From Leptospira sp. (GTDB lineage: Bacteria; Spirochaetota; Leptospiria; Leptospirales; Leptospiraceae), in NCBI GenBank assembly GCA_034439575.1, contig JAWXAQ010000033.1:192001-256000 (forward strand): a stretch of 64,000 bases of DNA, written 5' to 3'. A program made the translations under genes and the position numbers. Under the pieces are notes generated by a model. That model was not told where the DNA came from, made no database searches, and worked only from the letters and a program-made list of their open reading frames with translations. How positions within the stretch are numbered: the first letter of the stretch is position 1; every line of letters starts with the position of its first letter. Positions 20,172-30,551 of this stretch are shown here, one piece after another.

Positions 20172-21011
20172 TTACACTTTTCTTTGAAAAAAAGAACAAA
20201 AGCCAGATGGGTATTTTTTCCCTGATGTTTCTGGGATGAATAATTCGTCCGTATGATAAATCCCTTTAGTTTTGATCCTACTTGAAAGAATTCTTTCTAA
20301 TGTGAGTGGGCTATATCCTTGGCTATGACAACTTAAGATCACAAACTTGGGTGAATGGTCGCATAACTCCATAAGTGCATCCATAAGTTCAGGCAGATTT
20401 TCTTCTATTTTCCAAACTTCTCCTTTGTTCCCACGTCCAAAACTGGGGGGATCCAAAATGATGCCTTGGTATTTTTTGTTTCGTTTGATTTCGCGTCGTA
20501 TAAATTTTAAAACATCATCCACGATCCACCTAACGGGTTTATCACTAAGGCCTGAGAGAGTGGCATTTTCACGAGCCCAATCAACCATTCCTTTGGATGC
20601 ATCCACATGACAAACATTCATTCCAGCATCTAAGCAAGCTAAGGTGGAGCCTCCAGAATAAGCAAAAAGATTTAATACTTCAAAACCATCTCCGGTTTTG
20701 CCAAGCTCACGTATTCGATCCCAGTTTGTCTTTTGTTCGGGAAAAATTCCAATATGACCAAACGGTGTGAGTTTAATTTTGAATTTCAAATTTGCAAAAT
20801 CGATTGAAAAACTTTCTGGAATTTTTTTATTAAAACTCCAAGATCCTGAACCAGTATCATTTTTCACATAACGAGCATCAGCATCATTCCATAATTTTGG
20901 CGTTTCTTTTCCATAGGCTGAGGAAGGGGAGGATCTGATGAGTTTGTATCCACCCACCATTTCCAATTTTGTAAAATCGCCGGAATCAAGTAATTCGTAT
21001 TGTTGTTTCAT
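20172..21011 (-). CDS. Class I SAM-dependent (RlmI/RlmK-like) methyltransferase
   Basis: GIFPEQ, LNLFAYSGG, HVDAS and ILDPPSFG motifs. Confidence 0.88.
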   Translation of the reverse strand: MKQQYELLDSGDFTKLEMVGGYKLIRSSPSSAYGKETPKLWNDADARYVKNDTGSGSWSFNKKIPESFSIDFANLKFKIKLTPFGHIGIFPEQKTNWDRIRELGKTGDGFEVLNLFAYSGGSTLACLDAGMNVCHVDASKGMVDWARENATLSGLSDKPVRWIVDDVLKFIRREIKRNKKYQGIILDPPSFGRGNKGEVWKIEENLPELMDALMELCDHSPKFVILSCHSQGYSPLTLERILSSRIKTKGIYHTDELFIPETSGKKYPSGFCSFFQRKV

Positions 21012-23029
21012 TTTATTTCCAAAAGAATAAATGTAATATCGTCTTCCCATTCTTTTAAAGTACGTCTAGAGAACGATTCTAATTCAGTGATCAGTGCCTT
21101 TACCCACAATTTTGGTTCTAAAGAAAAGTTCAGTTCCAAAAATTGGACCAATCGATTTTCTCCATACATTTCCTCTTTGGGATTGAATGTTTCTGTGACA
21201 CCATCAGTTAAAATTAAAACCCGATCCCCGGGTTCTGTCGGAAAACTAACTTCATCAATGCTGATATGTGGAAAAGCTCCGATGATGCGACCTTTAGGAT
21301 GTACTTTGATGATTTCACCAGACTTTCTTTGTAAGTAGGAAGAAGGATGGCCTGCCCTTCCAAAACGCCAAGTTTTCGTTTCTACATTTATGTAAGTATA
21401 TGCGGCCGTTAGGTATTGGGGTGTACAATTTCCAAATAAAACTTGGTTCATACCTTCTAATACGCGTTTTGGGGAAAACAGGTTGTCCTTTTGAGTCGCA
21501 TAGGCAATTTTTCCCATAGCAGAGATAAGGGATGCTGGAATTCCATGACCCGAAACATCACAAAGCAGGGTACCAAGCTCACTTGTGTTTGGCGAATAAA
21601 ACTCATAAAAATCTCCGCCCACTTGTTTCATAGGTTGGATAAAAACTTGGATCTGTAAGTTATCGATATTTGGTATCGTTTTTGGCAGAGATTGCATTAG
21701 GATATCACGAGAGATTTGCCTTTCTTTTTCATGGCGCATCACTTGTGCTTCTGCTCTATCTTTATCCAATCGGAGTAGTTGAATGCGATCTGCTAAGGCA
21801 AAAGAAAAAAGTGTGATATCGGCAAGGGATGCTATAGGAAATAACATCTCTTCTAAAAAGGAATTTGTTTCTATCGTGAATACTTTTAGAAGACTATAAA
21901 CAATACTTGAAGTCATAAGTATAATAAAAGCGGCACCAAAGTAATAGAATGATCTGATTCTTTTATAAAAACCTAGTATGATCAGACTCAAAACAAAGAG
22001 TGCAAAAATGGTGGTTAACCAACTAAGTATAATTGAAGCTAAATAGATTTGTCCAGAAAGTGAAAATACAATATTTATTATAAATGCTCCTATCATAACA
22101 TGCATTAATCGAGAAGCAATCGGTAATCTTTTATTTAGTTTTAGAAAACTATTTGTAAATAAGCCGAAAAAAAGCAAACTTGTGCTAAAGAAAAGAGAGA
22201 TACCGCTCCGCATAAAAAAAGTTAATTCAGGGAATAGAAAAAATTGTGAGAAACCAAGTAAACTCATCTGTCCTAATCCAAAAAAGAAAACATAACCTAA
22301 ATAATAAACGTAATTGATATCTCTTACAAAAAACGAAATGGCCAGGTTATAAATAAGAATTAGGCCGAGAGACCCAAAGAAAAGACCATATACCCACTGT
22401 TCGGTGTAATCTTTTTCTCTAATTTCTGATTCAGGGATCAGATTCACTGCGAATTGAAGAGAAATATCCGATTTCACTTTGAGATAAATTGGATAACCAA
22501 AATTATCTTTCGGAATCTCAACTACATAATTTCTATGTTTGATTTCGCGAAGTGACATGGGAATCATATGCCCAGTTCGTTTTTCGACGATTTGTCCATT
22601 TGGCAAAACAAAATAGAATGTCACTGAATCTATATTATGCGCTACAAGTTGTAAAAGTAGGGGATTAGCGGACGTTTGGTGTGACTTATCTATCAGGAAG
22701 CGAAACCAATGAGATGATCCAGTGAATCCAAAATTAAAAAAATCTACATTTTGATTTTTAAAATCTATCGATTCTGAATGATTTAATATATCGTCTATTT
22801 TGAGTTTGTTGGTTTTATCTTCCCAAGTTTCGATATTTTTAGTAAGGGGCTGGGTGGCGGATAAACTTACCGAGAAAAATATTAAAATAGTAAAAGTGAG
22901 TGCAGATAAAGAAAAGACAGGAGAGCCTAGGCCGTCCTGTCTTTTGAATTTAAAAGTTTTAAGCGTTCTTTTTGGCAACTTCGTAAGGCGTTTCAATGGC
23001 ACCTGTGTAAATTTGACGAGGGCGTCCAA
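21008..23029 (-). CDS. 7TM-DISM sensor with C-terminal SpoIIE/PP2C phosphatase; start uncertain (TTG/GTG codons between 22978 and 23029)
   Basis: FNFGFTGSSHWFRF (DISMED2), seven TM segments, VGGDFY, CDVSGHG, AGHP, TDGVTE and DDIT motifs. Confidence 0.88.
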   Translation of the reverse strand: MDALVKFTQVPLKRLTKLPKRTLKTFKFKRQDGLGSPVFSLSALTFTILIFFSVSLSATQPLTKNIETWEDKTNKLKIDDILNHSESIDFKNQNVDFFNFGFTGSSHWFRFLIDKSHQTSANPLLLQLVAHNIDSVTFYFVLPNGQIVEKRTGHMIPMSLREIKHRNYVVEIPKDNFGYPIYLKVKSDISLQFAVNLIPESEIREKDYTEQWVYGLFFGSLGLILIYNLAISFFVRDINYVYYLGYVFFFGLGQMSLLGFSQFFLFPELTFFMRSGISLFFSTSLLFFGLFTNSFLKLNKRLPIASRLMHVMIGAFIINIVFSLSGQIYLASIILSWLTTIFALFVLSLIILGFYKRIRSFYYFGAAFIILMTSSIVYSLLKVFTIETNSFLEEMLFPIASLADITLFSFALADRIQLLRLDKDRAEAQVMRHEKERQISRDILMQSLPKTIPNIDNLQIQVFIQPMKQVGGDFYEFYSPNTSELGTLLCDVSGHGIPASLISAMGKIAYATQKDNLFSPKRVLEGMNQVLFGNCTPQYLTAAYTYINVETKTWRFGRAGHPSSYLQRKSGEIIKVHPKGRIIGAFPHISIDEVSFPTEPGDRVLILTDGVTETFNPKEEMYGENRLVQFLELNFSLEPKLWVKALITELESFSRRTLKEWEDDITFILLEIK
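22912..22945 (-). terminator. Intrinsic terminator downstream of gltA
   Basis: Minus strand AAAAGACAGGA-CGGCCTAGGCTC-TCCTGTCTTTT followed by CTTT, 13 nt after the gltA stop. Confidence 0.7.
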
Positions 23030-24248
23030 TTTTCATGTTTGGATCCTCAATCATTTCTTTCCACTGTGCAATCCATCCTGGCAATCTACCCATAGCAAAC
23101 ATCACAGTAAACATGTTAGTCGGTATTCCTAAGGCACGGTAAATGATTCCAGAATAGAAATCCACATTTGGATAGAGTTTTCTTTCTACGAAGTATGGAT
23201 CATTGAGGGCGGCTTCTTCCAACTCTTTGGCGATATCAAGAAGAGGATCTTTTATGCCCAATTTGTTTAATACTTTATCACAAGCTACTTTGATGATTTT
23301 GGCACGAGGGTCAAAATTTTTATAAACTCTATGACCAAAACCGTTCAATCGGAAAGAGCTATTTTTGTCTTTTGCTTGTTCTACGATCTTTTTAACACTG
23401 AGACCAGATTTTTTGATCCCTTCTAACATTTCTAATACTTCTTGGTTTGCACCACCATGACGTGGCCCCCAAAGAGCCAAAATGCCTGCAGAAATCGCGC
23501 CATATAGATTTGCAAGTGAAGATCCCACCAAACGAACAGTCGATGTGCTACAATTTTGTTCATGGTCTGCATGTAAAATTAAAAGAAGATTTAATGCGGC
23601 AACTATTTCTGGATCAATTTTGTATTCTTCTGCAGGAACAGCAAACATCATATTCAAAAAGTTACTACCATAATCCAATTCGTTTAAGGGATGTATGGTA
23701 GGTTGGCCAATTGATTTTTTATATGCGAAGGCAGCGATAGTCGGAAATTTTGCAAGCAAACGAATGATAGAAATTTCTCTATGTTCTTCATTCATCGGAT
23801 CATAAGAATCTTGATAATACGTAGATAAACATCCCATCATGCAAGACATGATTGCCATAGGGTGACCGTCTTTTGGAAACCCATTGAACAGACGTTTGAG
23901 GTCTTCATGAATCATCGTATGATGCGTGATGGATTGATTCCAGTTTTTTAGCTCAGCTTCATTTGGAAGTTTGCCATGGATCAATAGATAGGCTACTTCG
24001 GTAAACGTAGATTTTGCGGCAAGGTCTTCGATTGGAATCCCTCTATATCGCAAAATTCCTAGTTCGCCGTCTAGGAAAGTAATAGCACTTGTGCAGGCAC
24101 CGGTATTTAAATATCCGCTATCGATTGTCACATAACCTGTCAGCTGGCGAAGCTTAGTGATATCAATCGCCTTCTCATTTTCGGAACCAGTTAGTACAGG
24201 GAGTTCATACTCTTTCCCATCGATTTTTAGAATTGCCTTTTCGGACAT
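22959..24248 (-). CDS. gltA: Citrate synthase (type II)
   Basis: GILRYRG, LHADHEQNCST, GPRHGGAN, GFGHRVYKNFDPR and YPNVDFYSG motifs. Confidence 0.98.
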   Translation of the reverse strand: MSEKAILKIDGKEYELPVLTGSENEKAIDITKLRQLTGYVTIDSGYLNTGACTSAITFLDGELGILRYRGIPIEDLAAKSTFTEVAYLLIHGKLPNEAELKNWNQSITHHTMIHEDLKRLFNGFPKDGHPMAIMSCMMGCLSTYYQDSYDPMNEEHREISIIRLLAKFPTIAAFAYKKSIGQPTIHPLNELDYGSNFLNMMFAVPAEEYKIDPEIVAALNLLLILHADHEQNCSTSTVRLVGSSLANLYGAISAGILALWGPRHGGANQEVLEMLEGIKKSGLSVKKIVEQAKDKNSSFRLNGFGHRVYKNFDPRAKIIKVACDKVLNKLGIKDPLLDIAKELEEAALNDPYFVERKLYPNVDFYSGIIYRALGIPTNMFTVMFAMGRLPGWIAQWKEMIEDPNMKIGRPRQIYTGAIETPYEVAKKNA

Positions 24249-24316
24249 ACCTTCTCCTATCTATTCTCTTTCTATGTTGAAGGATGGCGAAGGAAAATCC
24301 GAGGAAAAGCTATTTT

Positions 24317-26590
24317 TTAAAGCTTATGGTATTTTTTCATAATGTCATACGCATAATAATTCGAGACCACAATTCGGCAATAATCCCTGGATTCCTTCAC
24401 AGGTAGGTCTTCCAGAAAATGGTTAAAATCACCGCGATAGACTGCTTTTTTCCATTTTCGCAGATTGCCTGGTCCTCCATTGTACGCGATGGATGCCCAT
24501 TTGAGTTGCCCCTCATTTGATTTGAGAAGGTATGCTAAAAATTTGGTTCCTAGGCGAATGGAAATATTTGGCGTATAAAGCGAATAATCGGTCACGCCCA
24601 TTCTTTGTGCGAGTTCTTTGCCTGTGGCGGGCATGATTTGCATGAGTCCTTTGGCATTAGAACGAGAGGTGGCTGTTTCTTTAAAAAAAGATTCCTGACG
24701 CATTAGAGCATAAACCATATCTTCTGAAATTTGGTTTTCATCGGCATATTTTTTCACAAGGTCTCTGTGAGGGCGCGGGTAAATGCGAGTGGAAATTTGT
24801 GTCGGAAGTAAAATCGGATCATCAGGAATCATATATCGTTTCAATAAGGAACGAGTATAAAAAGCCGTATAGTAGGTGTTTTTCGATTGGTCGCCAATGC
24901 CGACAAGGATTTCTTCTTTTTCCTCTTCCGATATTTTTTCTTTGAGGCTGTAATGGTTAACAAGCGATAGACCAAGTGTATCCTCACCGATTCTAAAATA
25001 GTCAGAAGCTAAGGATAACATACGATTGCTCTGTACTCGACTACTTGCATTGGCGAGTTTGGTTCCCAATTCATACGATCCTTTCGGGTAAACGAACCCT
25101 AAATTTTTACCAACAAGCGCATATGATTCTTCGGGTATGCCTGCGGTATAAGAAAGATATTCAAAAAGAGAATCTTTATTATACGTAGGATTGTTCGGCT
25201 CAGGTTCTTGTTTGATATTTGTAATAAATTCTTCACGTATAACGCGCGTATAATAAGATCCAGGACAAAGGTAATAATATCTTTTTAATTCTTTTTTTAA
25301 TCTTTCCGTCTCTTGTTTTGATTGTAAGGCACGTAAATACCAATAAACAAGTCTTCCTTTGACTGGTAAATTTGGGATCTCTGCTAGCGCTCTCTCAAAT
25401 TTTGAAATAGGCGCATATTGGATTTCTCCGTTTTGTCGTATAACGAGTGTATCGAGAAGCCTGTCTTGGTAAAATAAATTAAAAGGATACCTGCCAAGAT
25501 ATAAAACTAAATTTTCAAAATATAAATTTTCATCCCCAAGTCTATCATATGAGGCTGCTAATATTCGGTAGGTACTCGGATCTTTTCCGCCAAATGTTTT
25601 TACGAGATCTATCGCTTTGTGAAATTTATTTTGATGGTAAAGAATGTCACCAAGAATGCCTGTCCAAGATGGATCGATGTCAACATAACTTCTATTTGCT
25701 CTGAATACTCTGAAAAGTTCATCTGTGCGATCAAGTTTTACTAATTGTAATGTGAGGTTTTTAAACCCTTGGTAAAAGTGTAAGCGAGATGAAAATAATT
25801 CAGGGCGAGATTTAAAAATAGCTTCCTTGTCAGCATTATTAATCGCTGGAAAAAAAAGTGTTAATTCCGAAATCGGCAATTGATGTATGTACCCATTGCC
25901 CTTCCACTTTCCTAAATCTGCCGCTATGTATTGGATGGTGTATTCTTGTGTGGTATCTTTTTGCGCACAAAGAATCCATTCCTGAATGGCTCCGGCCTCG
26001 TCACCAAGCATTAGTTTTGCTTTCCCAAATCTATATTGAGAATCAGGTGTCACGATATAATATCTCACGGATTCCGGGATACTTGTGGTTTTATCTATAA
26101 TCTCTTTCCACTTATTTTCAATGGCAAGGAGGCGAATGAGTTCATCGAAGGCCTTACGACAAATAGGATCTTCTTCGAAGTTTAAACGGGATAGGTATTG
26201 GATTTTTTCATCATTGGTAAAATGATTTCTCTGAGAAATTTCGTTGTATAATTTCCAATATGTCAGACGGAAAAGTGTCGTCTGAAAGGGCATAGTCTGT
26301 GTGAGAATTTTTTTTGTTTCATCATTTGAAGTATCACTCACAAACACGCCGCGCACTAAAGAGATCATATATCGAAATCTAGTTTCTTTATTTCCGTTAG
26401 GTGCTTTTTCGTGGTATTCTATTAAGCTATAAACTTCGCTTTCGCGAGTCGGAGAATTTTTTTGAAATTTCCCTTCAATTTGATTCCATTGGTGGGATTT
26501 TACCCAATAATAGAGGTCTTCTTCTGCAGATAAGTGTGTGGTGAAAAGACAAACCACCAGAATTCTACTTGCTACCCAAAAAAACCTCAT
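24317..26590 (-). CDS. Soluble lytic transglycosylase (SLT domain) with helical N-terminal region
   Basis: ALMRQES, GLMQIMPATG, AYNGGPG and ESRDY motifs; signal peptide. Confidence 0.9.
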   Translation of the reverse strand: MRFFWVASRILVVCLFTTHLSAEEDLYYWVKSHQWNQIEGKFQKNSPTRESEVYSLIEYHEKAPNGNKETRFRYMISLVRGVFVSDTSNDETKKILTQTMPFQTTLFRLTYWKLYNEISQRNHFTNDEKIQYLSRLNFEEDPICRKAFDELIRLLAIENKWKEIIDKTTSIPESVRYYIVTPDSQYRFGKAKLMLGDEAGAIQEWILCAQKDTTQEYTIQYIAADLGKWKGNGYIHQLPISELTLFFPAINNADKEAIFKSRPELFSSRLHFYQGFKNLTLQLVKLDRTDELFRVFRANRSYVDIDPSWTGILGDILYHQNKFHKAIDLVKTFGGKDPSTYRILAASYDRLGDENLYFENLVLYLGRYPFNLFYQDRLLDTLVIRQNGEIQYAPISKFERALAEIPNLPVKGRLVYWYLRALQSKQETERLKKELKRYYYLCPGSYYTRVIREEFITNIKQEPEPNNPTYNKDSLFEYLSYTAGIPEESYALVGKNLGFVYPKGSYELGTKLANASSRVQSNRMLSLASDYFRIGEDTLGLSLVNHYSLKEKISEEEKEEILVGIGDQSKNTYYTAFYTRSLLKRYMIPDDPILLPTQISTRIYPRPHRDLVKKYADENQISEDMVYALMRQESFFKETATSRSNAKGLMQIMPATGKELAQRMGVTDYSLYTPNISIRLGTKFLAYLLKSNEGQLKWASIAYNGGPGNLRKWKKAVYRGDFNHFLEDLPVKESRDYCRIVVSNYYAYDIMKKYHKL

Positions 26591-26638
26591 GCATACTTCC
26601 TATACTTACGAATTTTAGAGGGAAAGGAAACCCTCCTT

Positions 26639-27889
26639 ATGAGCTCACAAAGCGAACTAAAACTACCTTGGCCAGAAATCAAACTCCACTTTGTAGGAGC
26701 CGAAATCCCGAAAGAAAACAAGGCATCTCATGCCAGCGTTTCGGAAGAGGCTCTAGACAAAACCAAACTTCCAGAATTATGGAATGCTTTTTTACATACT
26801 TTTTCGGGGAAATATTCTCGCTTTGCCAACTACCTTATGTATCTATCGACCGATTTTTCTGGTGGTTTCAAAGTTTGTTCTGTTCTTGCACCAAATTCCC
26901 CACAAAATCCATTCTCTGTTCCATTTTCATCCCCAGGGCCTGCTCTCGATATAGGCATTAGAGATACCATTTGGAAACTTTCAAAAGACAAAAGATGGGA
27001 AGAACAAGACCGCGATGAGTGGGAGTTACTAGGATACAGCTTTCTTTTGACTGGCAATATCATTGATTTTAAAGACTGGGTTCAGTTCACAAAATCAGAA
27101 TTTGGACTCAGTGAAGATTGCAAAAGATTTTTATATTTGCTTAAGTTTGGCTCAGATATTCCAGTTTCGGAAAAAAGCCTTTTGCAGATGTTAGTTGAAT
27201 ATAGTGAAGGACACATTCAAAATGTAGACTTCAAATTAATTTCTGATGCTGTTATGAAAGATGGTTATTGGCAATTGGCGGGAGTGCTTATTGATGCAAT
27301 TGGTAAAGCAAATTGGATGGGAGAAAATATCCTTCCCTTTTTAGATTTTTTATCTGGGTTTTATAATGATTGGAAGGATTGGGAAAAAGCTAAATTTTTA
27401 AATATTACTCTTGGGAAAGTTCCAGCTTATCCCGCTTTAAAGAAAGCTTCCAAAATTTTGAATAAAAATCAATTTCAAGAATATTCGAAACATCTAAAGT
27501 ATTTATTTCGTGGAGATTTTGAAGAATCTGAAAGAGGATTTGGATATGAATCGAATGTTCCCATTGATCCATTTATGATCACACTTTTAAGGTTTGATAA
27601 AGAAAGAGAAATTTATACAAATGAACTTCAAAACCAAATTCATTTGGCACCATATTCTTATATATTAAACTTACGGATGGCAATTGTTTATTTTCGAATC
27701 GGTGATTACCATCGATTTATGGAATTTTATGAAAAGGGCGGAAGGCTTAAATTTTTGCCAATTCCCTTGTATCTCTTCGCAAAAGTCAAAGAATCCAGAA
27801 AAGAAGAAACATTGGCAAATTCCATTTTGATTGCTTTGGAAAAACATGGGAGAACACCAAATTTCCCCGTCGAATTGGGTGAAATATAA
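26639..27889 (+). CDS. Hypothetical protein (TPR-like C-terminus)
   Basis: Long ORF; ATG 26639 avoids overlap with the divergent SLT gene. Confidence 0.7.
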   Translation: MSSQSELKLPWPEIKLHFVGAEIPKENKASHASVSEEALDKTKLPELWNAFLHTFSGKYSRFANYLMYLSTDFSGGFKVCSVLAPNSPQNPFSVPFSSPGPALDIGIRDTIWKLSKDKRWEEQDRDEWELLGYSFLLTGNIIDFKDWVQFTKSEFGLSEDCKRFLYLLKFGSDIPVSEKSLLQMLVEYSEGHIQNVDFKLISDAVMKDGYWQLAGVLIDAIGKANWMGENILPFLDFLSGFYNDWKDWEKAKFLNITLGKVPAYPALKKASKILNKNQFQEYSKHLKYLFRGDFEESERGFGYESNVPIDPFMITLLRFDKEREIYTNELQNQIHLAPYSYILNLRMAIVYFRIGDYHRFMEFYEKGGRLKFLPIPLYLFAKVKESRKEETLANSILIALEKHGRTPNFPVELGEI

Positions 27890-27891
27890 TT

Positions 27892-28665
27892 ATGCCTTTA
27901 TCGCCAGAAGACATACAAGAGTTAACAAAATTGCAAAAGATGATACGCAATTTGGAAAAAATTGAACGGTCAGCAAAAGATGACACACAAAAAGAAAGAG
28001 TTGCATTTGATATCGAAAGATACCGCAGACGTATGCAAGAAGTTTCTCCAGAAGGGATACCTGAGAATCTAGAACAAACTATGCAAAATGCGAAATTACG
28101 TGCCTCCGATCCAAGCAATGTAAAAAATAAAGTCATTTCGCAATACCCTGTTATGAAAATATCACCTAATTCCAATGATACGGAAATTAATCAGATCGGC
28201 ACTTTGATTAATATTATGGATTTAGAATATATTCCAATCGTTGGGGATGCTCATATTAAGTTTGATTATTCACATGCAACAGAAAGAGATTCGGTATTGA
28301 AATATATGGAAAACTTACGTCGCAATATTAAAATTCTCGTGGAAACAATCGAAGAATATGCCGCGGCCGATAAACAAGAGTTTCGTGAGCAACTTTCTCG
28401 AATGAAAAATAAACAGTCTCGTATTTTTATCGCAGAATCCTTTGAGACTCTCACTAAATTTCAAGAATTTTTGAGATCGGTAAATGATGAAATCAAAGAA
28501 GGAAATAACGTCATTATGAACATGGATGAACCTATCAAATTCAATCCAAGATTTGAAAAAGCGACCATGCTCGAGGGAAAATCGATCATGGAAGGACTTC
28601 GAGAATTCCAACAATTTGTGGATGAATCCTGCGAATTGATAAAACTCCCATCTTTTAGGAGTTAA
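27892..28665 (+). CDS. Hypothetical cytoplasmic helical protein
   Basis: 257 aa ORF starting 2 nt after the upstream stop. Confidence 0.75.
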   Translation: MPLSPEDIQELTKLQKMIRNLEKIERSAKDDTQKERVAFDIERYRRRMQEVSPEGIPENLEQTMQNAKLRASDPSNVKNKVISQYPVMKISPNSNDTEINQIGTLINIMDLEYIPIVGDAHIKFDYSHATERDSVLKYMENLRRNIKILVETIEEYAAADKQEFREQLSRMKNKQSRIFIAESFETLTKFQEFLRSVNDEIKEGNNVIMNMDEPIKFNPRFEKATMLEGKSIMEGLREFQQFVDESCELIKLPSFRS

Positions 28666-28735
28666 AAAAACCTTTTCAAGCTTGGGGACTCCTCCTAGAC
28701 TGGGAAAAACTCTTTATAAGGGACCGCAATAACGC

Positions 28736-29176
28736 ATGGCTCTAGTTAAAAACCAAACAGAAGTAACTAATTCCACGATCGGAGAAAACTCCTACTTCAA
28801 TGGTAAATTCTTTATTAATGGCTCATTGAAAATCGACGGCAAGTTTGAAGGAAAATCCCTGCAAGCGGAACACCTTTATATTGGTGTCACTGGAAAAGTA
28901 AAAACCAATATTACGGCTTCGAGCGTGATAGTAGAAGGAATTGTTGCCGGAAACGTGACAGCTCGTAACCGAGTCATGTTACTTCCGACTTCAAAGATTC
29001 TTGGTGATATCAAAACCCCTGAACTTATCATTCAAAATGGAGTGATTTTGGAAGGTCGTTGTATGATTTCAAATGATCTCAAACACAGTGCGAAAGATTT
29101 GATCGAGTTAGAATACTCAAAAGACTCTTTAAGCGTTGAAAAAATCTTTGGGAAACAACCAAACGCTAAAGAATAA
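28736..29176 (+). CDS. Bactofilin (polymer-forming cytoskeletal protein)
   Basis: STIGENSYFNG...LKIDGKFEG...VIVEGIVAGNV...ILGDIKTPELIIQNGVILEGRC. Confidence 0.92.
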   Translation: MALVKNQTEVTNSTIGENSYFNGKFFINGSLKIDGKFEGKSLQAEHLYIGVTGKVKTNITASSVIVEGIVAGNVTARNRVMLLPTSKILGDIKTPELIIQNGVILEGRCMISNDLKHSAKDLIELEYSKDSLSVEKIFGKQPNAKE

Positions 29177-30118
29177 TTGAAGACCATTCTTCTTTCAGAA
29201 GGAGACCCGACTAGTATCAATTATGAACTAATTTCAGGGTCTCTTTCTTATTTAAAAAAAGTATCCAAAACCTATCGTATTGTCCTCGTCCGAGGAAATC
29301 ACAAAATCAAATCTAAAGACTTCACACGAGTTGAAACATTGCCAAATGAACCTGGTTTGTATGCTTTAGAATTCAGCTCAGTCTCACCGTCCGAAGACAA
29401 ACAAATCAAATTAGGAAAACCAAGTGAAGTCTCAGGGCGAGTGGCATACCAATCACTTTTGCACGCGATACAATTGCAAAAAGAGACGAAGGATTCTCAT
29501 TTGATCACTCTTCCTTTAAGTAAAGAGTGGGTGATTAAGGCTGGCGTCAGCGGTTTTCGAGGACATACGGAAACATTAGCAGATGCATATCGCTGTCCGA
29601 CTTTTATGATGATGACGGGTAAAAAATTAAAAGTGATTCCGCTTACCACTCATGTTCCGATTCAAAAAGTCGCCGATGAACTAACAAAAGTTCAATTACC
29701 AGAACTCATCAAAGCCATCCGGCAAACTAAATTATTAAAAAATCCAAAGATCGGCCTTCTTGGCCTTAACCCGCACGCGGGTGAAGGGGGTAAGATCGGG
29801 GATGAGGAACAAACAATTTTATCCCCTATGATTGATGCGTTTAGAAAGGCAAAATTTCAAATTTCAGGACCAATTCCAGGTGATTCTGCGTTCAATGTAA
29901 GCCAATATCCTTATGATCTTTATCTCTCCTGTTACCATGATCAGGGTTTGATTCCATTTAAAATGATTGAAGGAAAGACTGGGGTGAATGTAACCTTAGG
30001 ATTAGATTTTATTCGCGTATCGCCAGATCATGGCACGGCCTTCGACATAGCAGGTAAAGGCAAAGCTGATCCATCGGGACTAATCTCTTGTTTAAAACTT
30101 TTGGTAGCCGACAGATGA
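29177..30118 (+). CDS. pdxA: 4-hydroxythreonine-4-phosphate dehydrogenase
   Basis: GDP, GHTE, TTHVP, LNPHAGE, YHDQG and SPDHGTAFDIAG motifs; TTG start. Confidence 0.93.
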   Translation: MKTILLSEGDPTSINYELISGSLSYLKKVSKTYRIVLVRGNHKIKSKDFTRVETLPNEPGLYALEFSSVSPSEDKQIKLGKPSEVSGRVAYQSLLHAIQLQKETKDSHLITLPLSKEWVIKAGVSGFRGHTETLADAYRCPTFMMMTGKKLKVIPLTTHVPIQKVADELTKVQLPELIKAIRQTKLLKNPKIGLLGLNPHAGEGGKIGDEEQTILSPMIDAFRKAKFQISGPIPGDSAFNVSQYPYDLYLSCYHDQGLIPFKMIEGKTGVNVTLGLDFIRVSPDHGTAFDIAGKGKADPSGLISCLKLLVADR

Positions 30119-30534
30119 CACTTATTGAATATCTTGCTTTCCCGATTCTATTTATTTGGTTTATAGGATTACTATTAACTTTCTTTAGGCGAGATTTAGA
30201 GCCACATTGGAAATTCTTTTTCTTTTTGGTTTTTTGTTTTTATATGGTTCAGTTCTTTCCTGAATTTTGGGCTGGAATCGGAAGATGGAAATTGAATCCA
30301 AAACAAGAATTGTTGACTTGGATCTCTGCTATGGGCAATGCTTTTTATGTTTTTTTGTTTTTGTTATGGCCCATTGTTTTGGTTCGCATTTATTATTCGG
30401 CATCGAATAATTTGAGTAAGACGCTCATTCCCGTTCTTGCTTATGGAACCGTGGTTTATTGGGTATTATTTTTGTTATGGTCCTATTATTCGAAAGAATG
30501 GAATGAGTTTTTGCAAAGTATCATCAATAAGTAA
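30115..30534 (+). CDS. Hypothetical membrane protein (about 4 TM)
   Basis: Hydrophobic segments; ATGA overlap with the pdxA stop. Confidence 0.75.
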   Translation: MTLIEYLAFPILFIWFIGLLLTFFRRDLEPHWKFFFFLVFCFYMVQFFPEFWAGIGRWKLNPKQELLTWISAMGNAFYVFLFLLWPIVLVRIYYSASNNLSKTLIPVLAYGTVVYWVLFLLWSYYSKEWNEFLQSIINK

Positions 30535-30551
30535 ATTTTTAAGGAAATAAA

